From Escherichia phage PBECO4, in the sequence record KC295538: DNA of 64,000 bases; one strand, given 5' to 3'. How positions within the stretch are numbered: the first letter of the stretch is position 1; each line of letters begins with the position of its first letter. The notes beneath the pieces were generated by a model, which was not told the DNA's origin, did no database searches, and saw nothing but the letters and a program-made list of their open reading frames with translations. The position numbers and the translations under genes were made by a program. Below are positions 1 through 10,199 of the stretch, in pieces.

Positions 1-238
1 TATTTTCATCATTGAAATCTAAAATATGTTCATTGTATAGGTAACTAATGTACTTGTTTTTGCATAGTCTAGCATTCATTAGTAACATTTCTACTGCACG
101 TTCATAAGAACAAGGAACAAGGTATAACTTAGTACCATCTTGGTGAATAATTTCCTCAGCACCATGTGGTATAAAACGTTCTGCTGTATGTGGAATATAC
201 GGCTTAGTTTTAAAAATAATTTTGAATTTAGTATCCAT
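1..238 (-). CDS. hypothetical protein (partial; C-terminus beyond window edge)
   Basis: ATG at 236-238 with GGAGG ~7 nt upstream; frame open to position 1 (MDTKFKIIFKTKPYIPHTAERF...). Confidence 0.5.
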   Translation of the reverse strand, partial: MDTKFKIIFKTKPYIPHTAERFIPHGAEEIIHQDGTKLYLVPCSYERAVEMLLMNARLCKNKYISYLYNEHILDFNDEN

Positions 239-254
239 ACCAAATCCTCCAGAT

Positions 255-1103
255 TTATAATGTTTCTTTTATGTTATGTAACATAGTATTAACTATGCAC
301 ATCTTACCACCTAACTTGTAGTAATATTCTAACTTATTAATAATATTACTTTTTAATATATCAAATATTTGATATTCATTTGGATCGAAACTAAGTTCGA
401 ATTGGAATGTATATAAATTGTTAAAGAGGTGAACTAATGATGCATCTGGTGATTCCATTGTAACTGTATATTTTTCACGATAACCAGTACTAATCACTAC
501 TTCGGATATATCACCTTTCATGTATATATCAATATTGTACATCATTGGTCTGCCTGTGGCAATATCTTTCATGCGAAAGAATGCAGTGCTACGATATACA
601 ATGCCTTCTGAAACCTGTTCTTGTATAGTGATATTTGAAACTTCACTCTCTTGGAATTTGGACTCGAATGAATGAGTGTAATTTGTTTTTTCATTATCCG
701 TGTGCATAGTACATGTGTATTTTCCAAAATCATCTCTAGATGTATATGATTTATCACTGCTAGTTTTATAGAACGAAACACCATTGATATGTTGTTCTTT
801 ATACATCATCGTGTCATGGGATTTGTAGTATGAACAATTAGGTGTTGCAAGAGATTCAAACTTGTTCACATCATGACAGTAAGAAATAGAAGAATCGCTA
901 TACATTACTACATCACGAATTGCAACTTCTTTTGTAATACCTTTTTTGACGGAAATTTGAAAGTCATTGTATGGGAAGATTGTATATCCATCGTATGCAT
1001 CTGATGTACTGATACCAAATGGTGTAGTAGAATTCAGAAATTCGTTGATATGTTCAAGTACTGAATACTTTTTAAAATTAAGAAAATCTGAAATGTCTAA
1101 CAT
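255..1103 (-). CDS. hypothetical protein
   Basis: Track ORF 255..1109 starts at TTG; first ATG at 1101-1103 (MLDISDF...). Confidence 0.6.
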   Translation of the reverse strand: MLDISDFLNFKKYSVLEHINEFLNSTTPFGISTSDAYDGYTIFPYNDFQISVKKGITKEVAIRDVVMYSDSSISYCHDVNKFESLATPNCSYYKSHDTMMYKEQHINGVSFYKTSSDKSYTSRDDFGKYTCTMHTDNEKTNYTHSFESKFQESEVSNITIQEQVSEGIVYRSTAFFRMKDIATGRPMMYNIDIYMKGDISEVVISTGYREKYTVTMESPDASLVHLFNNLYTFQFELSFDPNEYQIFDILKSNIINKLEYYYKLGGKMCIVNTMLHNIKETL

Positions 1104-1132
1104 ATACAATCCTCATAAATTTAGACAAAAAA

Positions 1133-1264
1133 TTAGTCGAGAATAAATCTCGACTTGTGTTTTACTTTACCATTTTTCATTTCTTTTTTACGATCCACAT
1201 GTGTCTGAGGTTTATTAAACTCATTCATGTGTTTCTGTACGAAATTGTTAACTTTCTTCGACAT
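1133..1264 (-). CDS. small lysine-rich hypothetical protein (43 aa)
   Basis: ATG..TAA ORF MSKKVNNFVQKHMNEF...; ends in terminator hairpin; below track size cutoff. Confidence 0.3.
   Translation of the reverse strand: MSKKVNNFVQKHMNEFNKPQTHVDRKKEMKNGKVKHKSRFILD
1135..1155 (-). terminator. intrinsic terminator hairpin
   Basis: agtcgagaataaatctcgact inverted repeat followed on minus strand by T-run. Confidence 0.5.
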
Positions 1265-1266
1265 AA

Positions 1267-1740
1267 TTACTCCAAACTAGGATCTTTAACTGTTAGACTT
1301 TCTATGTCACTCGCATAAAGAACTACATTGGATTGATTTTCAGATACTTTAAAGTCGTGATAACTGTCTTTTACGATAAAATTATCTAATATAAACCCTT
1401 TACTACAGCACATCATAATTTTATCATCTTTGATTGTGTAGGTGTTTTTCTTTTTACGTACTTCAGATTGTGGCGTAATACTATCGTTATTACGAATAAC
1501 ACAATCAATATATTGTTCATTTGTACTCATAGGCATACCCATGATAAACGAGTTTTCAGTACTGATTGTTAGTATAAAAACGTTAGTATTTGGGTTGTGA
1601 AAAAAATCATGCATTGTCTTGCTACACAAAAATAGACATTGAATAATGTCCTTCACATTAAACATTATATCATGAACTTTGAATGCGTCCAACTCTAAAA
1701 TGTCATCAATTTTCCCATTTTCAACAGTTTTAATCTCCAT
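1267..1740 (-). CDS. hypothetical protein
   Basis: 157 aa ORF, tightly abutting neighbours. Confidence 0.6.
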   Translation of the reverse strand: MEIKTVENGKIDDILELDAFKVHDIMFNVKDIIQCLFLCSKTMHDFFHNPNTNVFILTISTENSFIMGMPMSTNEQYIDCVIRNNDSITPQSEVRKKKNTYTIKDDKIMMCCSKGFILDNFIVKDSYHDFKVSENQSNVVLYASDIESLTVKDPSLE

Positions 1741-1782
1741 GATCTATCCTTGATCTTCTAATGCACTCCATGTGCGTTTTTA

Positions 1783-2280
1783 TTAAGTCACTGCATTATA
1801 CTTCTCTATAGCATTAGTAATATTTAATATAGCTTCAGGAACCATTTCTTTATTGTATTCACGTTTTAAATTTTCCATTTTCTTAATAATTTCCAAGAAA
1901 AATGGCAAAATACATGAAGTATCTGTAAAATTACATGAGTACAAAGTACTCATTTGAAATAATTCACCTGAATCAATATTAAGAGTATTGTATTCCTTAA
2001 CAATGTTTTCGTTTGAATTGAAAATGTGAAATACTGTTCCCATGTGATGAAGATATACACCATTCTCATTTTGAATATTGCATGGTGTGATTACAATAGC
2101 AGTGTTGTCAATATTATTTACTATTGATAAACGCAGACTATGTAAACCAAAAATAACAGTGCAATCACTTGAACTGCTTTGAATTTGGTCAGCAGTTTGT
2201 GTAACACTTGTAATATTTTCTCCATCAAGACAACTCTTGATTTTATCAAATGAATTTTTCATTGATTTAGTTAGATACAT
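1783..2280 (-). CDS. FamA paralog (FQxS C-terminal module)
   Basis: 165 aa; motif GELFQMSTLY. Confidence 0.7.
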   Translation of the reverse strand: MYLTKSMKNSFDKIKSCLDGENITSVTQTADQIQSSSSDCTVIFGLHSLRLSIVNNIDNTAIVITPCNIQNENGVYLHHMGTVFHIFNSNENIVKEYNTLNIDSGELFQMSTLYSCNFTDTSCILPFFLEIIKKMENLKREYNKEMVPEAILNITNAIEKYNAVT

Positions 2281-2684
2281 TTATGAACACCTTCGAAATA
2301 TTTGATTAATGATTTTATCATATCGCTACTAATGCCATGTAAGTCAACACCTAAACACTCGTATTGAAAAAAATCAATATCCTCCAGCGTGTTTAGATCA
2401 ATTTCCACCTTATCATGACCCAACGAATTCATAATAACACTGCTATCATTAATTGTCAAGAAAGTTTTATTACTTGAACCTAAAAAGATTTTAACATGTT
2501 TATTTGGCATTGCATCATAAGACAACGATTGTGAACCATAAATGTATGTACCTTCCATCGAACCAGTATCTATAAAGTATAGACGAATCCCTTTATGGTA
2601 TTTTGACTCCTTAGTGATCGCCTCTATTAGTTCATCTGTGGTTGTTAACCTTGTTTCTTTCTTCTCTAAATTGCTCAAATGCAT
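2271..2684 (-). CDS. FamA-like paralog (divergent)
   Basis: 137 aa; DIDFFQYECLGV. Confidence 0.55.
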   Translation of the reverse strand: MHLSNLEKKETRLTTTDELIEAITKESKYHKGIRLYFIDTGSMEGTYIYGSQSLSYDAMPNKHVKIFLGSSNKTFLTINDSSVIMNSLGHDKVEIDLNTLEDIDFFQYECLGVDLHGISSDMIKSLIKYFEGVHKCI

Positions 2685-3105
2685 AAAATAATACCTTGAT
2701 CATTTGTAATGTTTCTGACATTACATCAGCAGAAAATTGAACATCAGTGTATTTTACCATAGTACTTTGAGTAAAGAAAGTAGCTTCAATATCTTCAAGG
2801 TCAAATGGCTCATCAAATAAATTAGTACTGAACATATCAGTTTTTTTCTTATAAGTCAACATAAACTTAGCACTGTATCTCAGTACTATTTCATCTTTAC
2901 TTACTAAAATTCGTGCAATGTTCTGTCTTCCAAGCGTCGTAATGTTAACATTAAATGTATTTTTACGTGTCTCGATAATATCAACAAAATATCCATCACC
3001 CTGATAAACATTGTGGTGAACTTCTAAACCTTGTTGTACTGTATTAAACAATGCATCTTGAATAAAATAATTTGCAGTGTCGATGTTTCCTAAAATATCT
3101 AACAT
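2632..3105 (-). CDS. FamA-like paralog (divergent)
   Basis: 157 aa; EATFFTQSTMV. Confidence 0.55.
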   Translation of the reverse strand: MLDILGNIDTANYFIQDALFNTVQQGLEVHHNVYQGDGYFVDIIETRKNTFNVNITTLGRQNIARILVSKDEIVLRYSAKFMLTYKKKTDMFSTNLFDEPFDLEDIEATFFTQSTMVKYTDVQFSADVMSETLQMIKVLFYAFEQFREERNKVNNHR

Positions 3106-3617
3106 AACTTCTCCTTTATAGCTGTCATATTTAGAAGAAATTCAGTAAGCAATTCCTCCGTAACATGCTCTGTATACCAGAATATCACAATATCTTTTGA
3201 AAGTCGTGTATTCATAAAAATATCTACTAACTCTTTGTAGTACTCTAAATCATTAAGATCTTTTAAAATCAATGAGTACTGAAAGAGTAATTCTTCAGTT
3301 AGATTAAATTCTGGGTAGAGTAAATCATTAAATTCATGTGACGCTGTTTGAACTTTAATTTCTTTGAAATCATTTGTTATTCCTCCACATGTTCCATATA
3401 AAGCTGCATAGTCCATGAATCTGGCTTTGGGGTTCAAGTCAAGAACCGTTTCCCCTTTATAGGATAAACGATGGAACGCAGAGAACTTGGTTAATTCCCA
3501 CGGTTGCTTAATGCCTAATTCAAGTATATCAACCCCACTGTACAAAATATCAGTGAATATCTCACCAATCCTCAATAATAATTTAGTACGTGCTAGTACT
3601 GTCATAGGTTCAATCAT
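3099..3617 (-). CDS. FamA paralog
   Basis: 172 aa; EELLFQYSLIL. Confidence 0.7.
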   Translation of the reverse strand: MIEPMTVLARTKLLLRIGEIFTDILYSGVDILELGIKQPWELTKFSAFHRLSYKGETVLDLNPKARFMDYAALYGTCGGITNDFKEIKVQTASHEFNDLLYPEFNLTEELLFQYSLILKDLNDLEYYKELVDIFMNTRLSKDIVIFWYTEHVTEELLTEFLLNMTAIKEKLC

Positions 3618-4030
3618 TATACACCTTCATATTCATCAAGGAAATCTTCGATGATCATTTCAGCTTCATCCATATGCATCGCATCAACTTCAATAATACG
3701 AATTTTAGATGTATCCCAAATCATAAAGCTAGGAACATTGTCTGGCTCGTAATCATTTTTGTACTGAACAGCATCATAACCTTGAGCCGTGCAATTCTCA
3801 ATAAGTGAACGCCACTCATCATCACTGCCTAAATCTTCACACAGAAGCACGTTATCAACATCAACTTCTAAGGTATGCAAGTATACTGTACATGCGTCAA
3901 CAACGTTTAGTGGGCTTCTCAGCTTGCGTAATGCAGCTTCCAAAGCACTGTGTTTGCCTCCCATATGAAGTCCACCATACGGGATATAAAAGTTATCAAT
4001 TTTTACAGTACTCGCATGATACAGTTTCAT
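3617..4030 (-). CDS. hypothetical protein
   Basis: 137 aa ORF; no family motif. Confidence 0.6.
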   Translation of the reverse strand: MKLYHASTVKIDNFYIPYGGLHMGGKHSALEAALRKLRSPLNVVDACTVYLHTLEVDVDNVLLCEDLGSDDEWRSLIENCTAQGYDAVQYKNDYEPDNVPSFMIWDTSKIRIIEVDAMHMDEAEMIIEDFLDEYEGV

Positions 4031-4039
4031 ATTTCATTC

Positions 4040-4624
4040 CTATTTCAGTACTTTAGTCAATGCTTTCACAGCGGTTTCGAGTTGAGCATAGTCGTTAATT
4101 GTAAGGTAATGAATACCATGTGCATTCATTTCAGCATCTATTTTACTATATAAATCAAACATGTCAAGGATATGATTGTATGCATATGAAGTATTTGAAA
4201 CACACAATTCTTGGAACAAACGTTCTTCCAAGTCATTCACAACTTCACCATGAATGTCAAGTACTACACCATCTTTGTAAGTATAGTATTCTTCACTCCA
4301 CTCTTCAGAAAGTCGGAACAGTAACGGATTCCCGCCGAACACTTCCATGTCATAGGAATTTATCTCACTAAGTAGTGTTTCACCTGGTTCTGGTGTGAAG
4401 TCGAAATATGCGAGTGTTGAACCATCATAGTCCTTGAGTGATATACCAGTATGATTTAAGCTTACTTCACCATAATTATTATTCTTGAACTTGATTTTGA
4501 TATTAATCTCAATGTATTTTATTGTCTCATCATCACTGAAATTGTAATCAATTTTATACTTTTCCCAAAGAAGTTTGATATCTTTGAAGTACTTTAATTT
4601 ACTTTCAATTTCTTTAAAGTCCAT
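4040..4624 (-). CDS. FamA paralog
   Basis: 194 aa; EERLFQELCV. Confidence 0.65.
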   Translation of the reverse strand: MDFKEIESKLKYFKDIKLLWEKYKIDYNFSDDETIKYIEINIKIKFKNNNYGEVSLNHTGISLKDYDGSTLAYFDFTPEPGETLLSEINSYDMEVFGGNPLLFRLSEEWSEEYYTYKDGVVLDIHGEVVNDLEERLFQELCVSNTSYAYNHILDMFDLYSKIDAEMNAHGIHYLTINDYAQLETAVKALTKVLK

Positions 4625-5216
4625 CTGGAACCACCATTTCTTGAATGTGCTTACATTTTATATTTGCCATATTAGTATGCAATATAAGGGTGTGATTACG
4701 CAATGATTTTACTTTATAGCACTCATTGAGTACTGAAATAATTCCCCATAACTCTTCTACACTAATAGTGATAGGTTCACTTGTACTCAGTTGCATTAGT
4801 GCTGCTTCAACATCATCTTTGTTATTAATAGTGAACTGAATTCCTCTTTTGAGAATTTTAGTTTTTGGATTGTATTCAGCTAATACATCACCTTCTGGAT
4901 AACCCTCATGAAGTAATAATGTTGTTTCAAAATCACCGCAGTTGAAGTTAATTTCATCATAATCAGGTACACAAATGTTTCCTTCCCCGTACTCATTAGG
5001 TTCAGATTCTAGTGTTAAAATACGCTGAGTCTCATTGCTCAGGATGATAGAATCATTCCAGTACTGGGTAGTGAATGCTCTACGTTTCTTTTGAAAGCAC
5101 ATACTCGACATTGACCCATACTTCTTGTATATGGACTTCTTGAACTCAATAGCAGCAGGAGCCACCTTGATAACTTCACGAATTAAGTCAATAGCTTCTT
5201 GATAACTTTTTCTCAT
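4614..5216 (-). CDS. FamA-like paralog (divergent)
   Basis: 200 aa; EAALMQLSTSE. Confidence 0.55.
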   Translation of the reverse strand: MRKSYQEAIDLIREVIKVAPAAIEFKKSIYKKYGSMSSMCFQKKRRAFTTQYWNDSIILSNETQRILTLESEPNEYGEGNICVPDYDEINFNCGDFETTLLLHEGYPEGDVLAEYNPKTKILKRGIQFTINNKDDVEAALMQLSTSEPITISVEELWGIISVLNECYKVKSLRNHTLILHTNMANIKCKHIQEMVVPDGL

Positions 5217-5764
5217 TTATCGTATCCATATAAAATATGATCTAGTGTACTTTGGACTTCTTCATGAAAGAATGAAGGGTAAACTAGTATTAATTTATCT
5301 TTAAGTTCAAGGGAATGGCATAGTTCTAATGTTTTGTAACAATCCTCGTACTGTGCCAGAACATGCAATGTACTTAACTGAAAATGTTGTTCTTCAGAGT
5401 ACAATAAATCATAAACCATATTATCGGATAAAAGATTAGATTTGATTGAAGGATCAAGTACTGTCTGATGGTGACCAACCCAAAAGATAGCTTTGGAGTT
5501 AATGTTATTACAACCCCATCCTTTCCCCATCTTTTGGTGAATAGCAAATACACAGGAATCATACAAATTAATGTTCAGACGTTCTTCGTCTGCATGGATA
5601 GTTACACCATCAATAGATAGTGTATATTTGAAATCCATAGCCCCCTCACTTCGTGCACGGGAACTAAAGACGATATATCGATGAATTATGGTATTGATTT
5701 TATCTGCCCATCCTTCAACACATTTGGATGCACATAATGTAAAAAGATCATGATTGTAGTTCAT
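5213..5764 (-). CDS. FamA paralog
   Basis: 183 aa; EEQHFQLSTLH. Confidence 0.7.
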   Translation of the reverse strand: MNYNHDLFTLCASKCVEGWADKINTIIHRYIVFSSRARSEGAMDFKYTLSIDGVTIHADEERLNINLYDSCVFAIHQKMGKGWGCNNINSKAIFWVGHHQTVLDPSIKSNLLSDNMVYDLLYSEEQHFQLSTLHVLAQYEDCYKTLELCHSLELKDKLILVYPSFFHEEVQSTLDHILYGYDK

Positions 5765-5825
5765 AAAATTCTCCTTGAGAACAATGTATCATACAAAAAA
5801 ACCAGAGTCAACCCCTGGTACAAAT

Positions 5826-6407
5826 TTAATCCATCATAAGTGGGATGATTGCCCATATCTTTTTCATAATCATATCTTCAGTAAAAACAAATGTTTTAGG
5901 AGCAGTATATGATATTGACACACCAAATGGAAGTTTGATTGCATCATCAATTATATTATGAATATCAAACCATGTTTTAACATAATCATATGGTGGAAGT
6001 TCATGAATTGTACTTAACTGAAAGTAATGTTCTTCACCAAAATCATTATATTCAATTTCACAAATTTTAGTGAATTGTTGATTCCATTTAGATATAATAC
6101 TATTTTTATTATTGTACATAGTAGTTCTATGCATAAAACCATTTTTGCTAGTATGATTTGATATTACGTTTTCTTCAATGTCAGTATCTATTTTAAAATT
6201 CATATCAAAGTTGTAGTACGGACTCGAAGATTCTTTGAATTTTAAATGTAAATTACGATTGTTATTAATTTCAATTTCAATACAAAACACATCTGAATCA
6301 AAACGATTAAACTTGTAATCGTTATCTTCCGGTAGATTCTGTATTTTTTTCATAATACTAAGCATAGGGTGTACTACACTTTTAATAAAATCATTTGTTA
6401 TTTTCAT
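5826..6407 (-). CDS. FamA paralog
   Basis: 193 aa; EEHYFQLSTIH. Confidence 0.7.
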   Translation of the reverse strand: MKITNDFIKSVVHPMLSIMKKIQNLPEDNDYKFNRFDSDVFCIEIEINNNRNLHLKFKESSSPYYNFDMNFKIDTDIEENVISNHTSKNGFMHRTTMYNNKNSIISKWNQQFTKICEIEYNDFGEEHYFQLSTIHELPPYDYVKTWFDIHNIIDDAIKLPFGVSISYTAPKTFVFTEDMIMKKIWAIIPLMMD

Positions 6408-6900
6408 AGTATTCCTTTAGAACTTTATATGATTCAACAATACTATCTTGTGTATAATTTGAACTATATACAACAGCACTTGTTTTAGTTGACCATAGAT
6501 ATGACATAAAGGTTATAACACTACTACATGGACTTAATGTATTGTTTTGGAATTCAATTTCTTCAATGTTATCAGTACTGGTATTGATGAATTGTAAAGT
6601 ATCCATTGATTTATTGTACAGCGATACTATAGTAGAATCCGTACCAGGACTATACATGAATGTCTCATTGCTAATAGTACTATCATTAGTATATGATGGT
6701 TTAGGAATATAAATCAAACGCATGATATCACGCTCCAGACCTGACTTATTACTTTCCACCAAAGAAATCATATCTATATTTGTTATATGTTCAACACTGA
6801 CATGGAACTTTTTGTTTAGAATTACATCTTTTGGAGAATTTTTATATGAAGATAAGATCTCATACATCTCAACTAATTCTCGTGCATTTAATAAACTCAT
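6391..6900 (-). CDS. hypothetical protein
   Basis: 169 aa ORF in array; motif not clear. Confidence 0.55.
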   Translation of the reverse strand: MSLLNARELVEMYEILSSYKNSPKDVILNKKFHVSVEHITNIDMISLVESNKSGLERDIMRLIYIPKPSYTNDSTISNETFMYSPGTDSTIVSLYNKSMDTLQFINTSTDNIEEIEFQNNTLSPCSSVITFMSYLWSTKTSAVVYSSNYTQDSIVESYKVLKEYYENNK

Positions 6901-7325
6901 GTTTTGTCTCTTAATGAAAGAATATCCTTAGTATAAACTGAAACAGAAATATGATTATATTTCATCATTAATTTATACACATAAGAAGCTAGTACTAAAT
7001 CGTAAATTAATTTAGTATTATATAGTACTTGGTATTGTAACGCAAGTGAATCAATATCATCTTTACTTTCAATATCCAGAAATGTACCAAAAATTGTAGT
7101 ACCGTGGAGATGAAAAGTGGAATTAATGCAATCAATGCATTCATTGTCCAACAGAGTAGATGATGATGCCCTCGGTGAATCCCAAATAGTCACTGCGTGT
7201 ATGCCCTCAACGAACAAATCTATCCATATTTTGTGTCGTTGTCTTTTTTTTGTTTTATAATTTTCTGGATTTGAAAGTGTAGTTTCAATTATATCCCATA
7301 TGTACAAACAATCATCTCTTGTCAT
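6897..7325 (-). CDS. hypothetical protein
   Basis: 142 aa ORF; stop/start overlap with neighbours. Confidence 0.55.
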   Translation of the reverse strand: MTRDDCLYIWDIIETTLSNPENYKTKKRQRHKIWIDLFVEGIHAVTIWDSPRASSSTLLDNECIDCINSTFHLHGTTIFGTFLDIESKDDIDSLALQYQVLYNTKLIYDLVLASYVYKLMMKYNHISVSVYTKDILSLRDKT

Positions 7326-7903
7326 TATAGCACCTTATCCATTGCTGCATTTAATGCTTTTAAACGATCTACATTCAAATTATTGAAGATGTATGTTCCT
7401 AACATGTGGAAATCGAACTGGTACTTTTTGTATTCATGATAAATTAAACTACAAAAAATAACAGTACTAAGAACCTCTTCATGTATAACAGTGCTCATCT
7501 GGAACAGTTCTTCTTCAACTGTACTTGATTCTGGATTGATAGCTTTTAACACATACTCTTCATCACCGAATAGTACTTTAATATTATATAAAACACTAAT
7601 AGTACTAATATGGAATGGGTGGTGTGAAAAACTTCCATCATCCTTAATTTGTATATCGGTTCTAATCTCACACTCTTCATTACTTTTATTTTTATTTTTT
7701 ACAATACAAATATTTCTAGCCCCAGAAATAGTAAGAATACCGTGATCGTAATATTCATTGGACCAACATTTAGATGAAATTGCTACATCACGGATGAGGT
7801 ATTGTTTTTCAATTTCTTTTGCACTACTAACAATTGATAACATTTTTGTACTGATATCATATAATAACTGATGGCGTTCTGTCATATAACTATAAGCGTT
7901 CAT
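7325..7903 (-). CDS. FamA paralog
   Basis: 192 aa; EEELFQMSTVIH. Confidence 0.7.
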   Translation of the reverse strand: MNAYSYMTERHQLLYDISTKMLSIVSSAKEIEKQYLIRDVAISSKCWSNEYYDHGILTISGARNICIVKNKNKSNEECEIRTDIQIKDDGSFSHHPFHISTISVLYNIKVLFGDEEYVLKAINPESSTVEEELFQMSTVIHEEVLSTVIFCSLIYHEYKKYQFDFHMLGTYIFNNLNVDRLKALNAAMDKVL

Positions 7904-8474
7904 ATTTTTCCTTAACCGATTCTATATTTTGAAGTAGTGTATTCAGAACATCAGTCTTGTAATTGATAAAATCATTGTACATAACTAGTTCACCACAATC
8001 AAGAACTTTTGCAGTATCGTAACAAAGCATTAAGTACTCGAATTCTTTGTAATTGTCCAACAATGATTTCTGGAAAATGAATGCATCTCGAATATCTTCA
8101 CTTTGGTCTAATTCTGGTGGAACATCCAACCCAATAAAACCATCATCTTCACTGAAATCAGATTCTACAATTTTATTCATTTTTTCATGTAATGCATTCG
8201 CAAATACCATATTAGAAGAAATAGAACCAATACGTTCACGATTTCTGGATGTGCGAATGTACATAGTAATCGTATCCCATGAACTTTTAATTTTTTTAGA
8301 AAATTCATAAGTTTTATATACATCCAACTGAACTGAACCAAAACGATGTTTGGATTTGTTTTCAATTTTCAGTCGATAATCATCAAATTCAACAATTTCT
8401 GTAATGTCATGAATCTCTGAAAGTTCTGCAATGTCATGCATGAGTCTCAAAATTTTAGTTCTGATATGGTTCAT
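7890..8474 (-). CDS. FamA paralog
   Basis: 194 aa; DAFIFQKSLLD. Confidence 0.7.
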   Translation of the reverse strand: MNHIRTKILRLMHDIAELSEIHDITEIVEFDDYRLKIENKSKHRFGSVQLDVYKTYEFSKKIKSSWDTITMYIRTSRNRERIGSISSNMVFANALHEKMNKIVESDFSEDDGFIGLDVPPELDQSEDIRDAFIFQKSLLDNYKEFEYLMLCYDTAKVLDCGELVMYNDFINYKTDVLNTLLQNIESVKEKYERL

Positions 8475-9037
8475 TGTGCATCCTCGAATTTAACAGGTAC
8501 ATATTCATTAATGAAATTCTTAAGAGCCTGTACTAAATCCTCTAATTCTTTTGTACTGTATTTTAAAATAGTTTTAAAGTGAATCAAATCTTTTCTTTCC
8601 ATGATCTTTGGAATTTTATATGCTAACTCTAAACAGCGTACAGTACTGGCATCATACAAAAGGTTTGCGTTGAACATTAGCACATTGTATTCATCAGATG
8701 AAATTTTATAATTATATGTATCAATCACTTCATGTGTGTATAAATTCTTATACACAATTTTATTCTCACTGAAGTTTGAGCAAACACACAGATAATCGTT
8801 GTAAAATGAAGAACGATAATCTTGTTTACGTTGTACATCTGCTATGATTTGTAATACTGTATATTTTTCTTCAGAATCCAACTCAATGTTAGCATAACTG
8901 CTCGCAGTTTCAGATACAAGGATATTGATGTTATATTTCTCATTAACTTTAATGTACTGGCGTGAACCAGTATCAGGAATGAACTTAAAACAATGCTTCA
9001 GAAGTAAGGTAACTTCTTTAATTAATTCAGTACTCAT
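8471..9037 (-). CDS. hypothetical protein
   Basis: 188 aa ORF; motif degenerate. Confidence 0.55.
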   Translation of the reverse strand: MSTELIKEVTLLLKHCFKFIPDTGSRQYIKVNEKYNINILVSETASSYANIELDSEEKYTVLQIIADVQRKQDYRSSFYNDYLCVCSNFSENKIVYKNLYTHEVIDTYNYKISSDEYNVLMFNANLLYDASTVRCLELAYKIPKIMERKDLIHFKTILKYSTKELEDLVQALKNFINEYVPVKFEDAQ

Positions 9038-9108
9038 ATCTTCTCCTATCCTCTATTAAAAGCGATTATAACACATCTGAATGCTACTGTAAAGACATAA
9101 ACACAAAA

Positions 9109-9124
9109 AGACCCATAAGGGTCT
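9109..9124. terminator. bidirectional intrinsic terminator
   Basis: agacccataagggtct hairpin flanked by A-run and T-run. Confidence 0.55.
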
Positions 9125-9691
9125 TTATTTTGGTAAAACACTGTCAATGTACGCTAGAGCTTCATCTCTAAGGTACGTCCCATCTATTGTTAGGTAATAG
9201 TTCATGGGAATATCACTCCCAACGTTCTCATAAATTTTCATACATGATATCACATCTTCATCACAAATGGTACTCAATTGAAAAAGTACTTCATCGGTTA
9301 ACGGTACGATATCAAGTTTAGATATAGGATTGGTATTTTCATTCAACACAATATTAATCAAGTTAGGAGTATTCTTTGACGAAATGTAACGATGCTTACT
9401 ACGAATTACCATTCTCGATAGTGAAATACTGGAACTCCATCTTGGATCAACATCTTCATATGATAACGATATTAACATCTCGTGAAAATCTTGAAATTTC
9501 ATTGACGCATAATATGTTTTGTCCTCACCGTACATTCCAAATGATTTGAATTCAATATCCCCTACTTTGTATGTATCGACATCATTATTTGAGAACTTTA
9601 TTAAACTCTTAATTAGTCTAATTAGAATATCATCTTTATCCATTCTTAAATAACTCCAAGTGCATGTCGTATAAATCTCTGAAGTCTTCAT
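9125..9691 (-). CDS. FamA paralog
   Basis: 188 aa; DEVLFQLSTICD. Confidence 0.7.
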   Translation of the reverse strand: MKTSEIYTTCTWSYLRMDKDDILIRLIKSLIKFSNNDVDTYKVGDIEFKSFGMYGEDKTYYASMKFQDFHEMLISLSYEDVDPRWSSSISLSRMVIRSKHRYISSKNTPNLINIVLNENTNPISKLDIVPLTDEVLFQLSTICDEDVISCMKIYENVGSDIPMNYYLTIDGTYLRDEALAYIDSVLPK

Positions 9692-10199
9692 AGAAATCTT
9701 TTTCTACCAGAATATCCTTTAAACTAGGAAACTCTTCCATAATTTCTTCTATATCCGATTCTATGAAAAACCCTGATCGATTATCGTAGTTTTGTAACAG
9801 ATAACTGAAAGTAATAATGTAAAGAAGTTCATTAGGATTGTGAATTAAACTTAGCTGGAACATAGCTGATTCTAAATCGGATTCAGTACTAAGATCAACC
9901 CAACGTGAATTTCTATAATCAATTCGTACTTGACTTGTATTTGGATTCCATGTGAAGCAATGTGTACCAATATGACCTATACAACCAACCCTTGTACTGT
10001 CTCCGGTATCAACACTGATATCAACAAATAGTTCAACACAGATATCGGATGATGTTACACGACCTTTTTTCAGAAATAAATCATTATCCTTACGAAATTG
10101 TTTGGATGAAAGAGTGTCAATGATGCACATCAATGTTTTTGCAAATGCAACACAATGACGAAATTCAAGCCTATGAAATTGGTAATCATTGATATTCAT
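9636..10199 (-). CDS. FamA paralog
   Basis: 187 aa; ESAMFQLSLIH. Confidence 0.7.
   Translation of the reverse strand: MNINDYQFHRLEFRHCVAFAKTLMCIIDTLSSKQFRKDNDLFLKKGRVTSSDICVELFVDISVDTGDSTRVGCIGHIGTHCFTWNPNTSQVRIDYRNSRWVDLSTESDLESAMFQLSLIHNPNELLYIITFSYLLQNYDNRSGFFIESDIEEIMEEFPSLKDILVEKDFYEDFRDLYDMHLELFKNG

Noticed and set aside
569-784. Nested minus-strand ORFs in alternative frames (569..784, 5374..5562, 8177..8365, 12635..12841, 18294..18539, 18653..18868, 19335..19556, 20730..20915, 25962..26168, 27464..27673, 48304..48603, 59753..59935, 62191..62379, 62447..62635)
   Set aside because: Entirely inside longer ORFs that carry family motifs or better translation signals; no independent support.
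3805-4371. Plus-strand ORFs 3805..4056, 3950..4153, 4120..4371 and similar plus-strand ORFs at 6722, 7491, 8053, 14193, 17663, 19051, 20649, 21916, 22202, 22989, 23551, 25883, 26776, 28423, 31745, 31770, 33269, 34584, 35353, 35965, 37114, 37623, 38940, 38945, 40316, 44065, 45094, 47235, 47413, 48944, 49490, 49934, 51825, 54387, 55534, 56134, 59276, 59767
   Set aside because: All lie antisense within or across well-supported minus-strand genes, lack SD/ATG context and have low-complexity or hydrophobic composition typical of shadow ORFs in AT-rich DNA.
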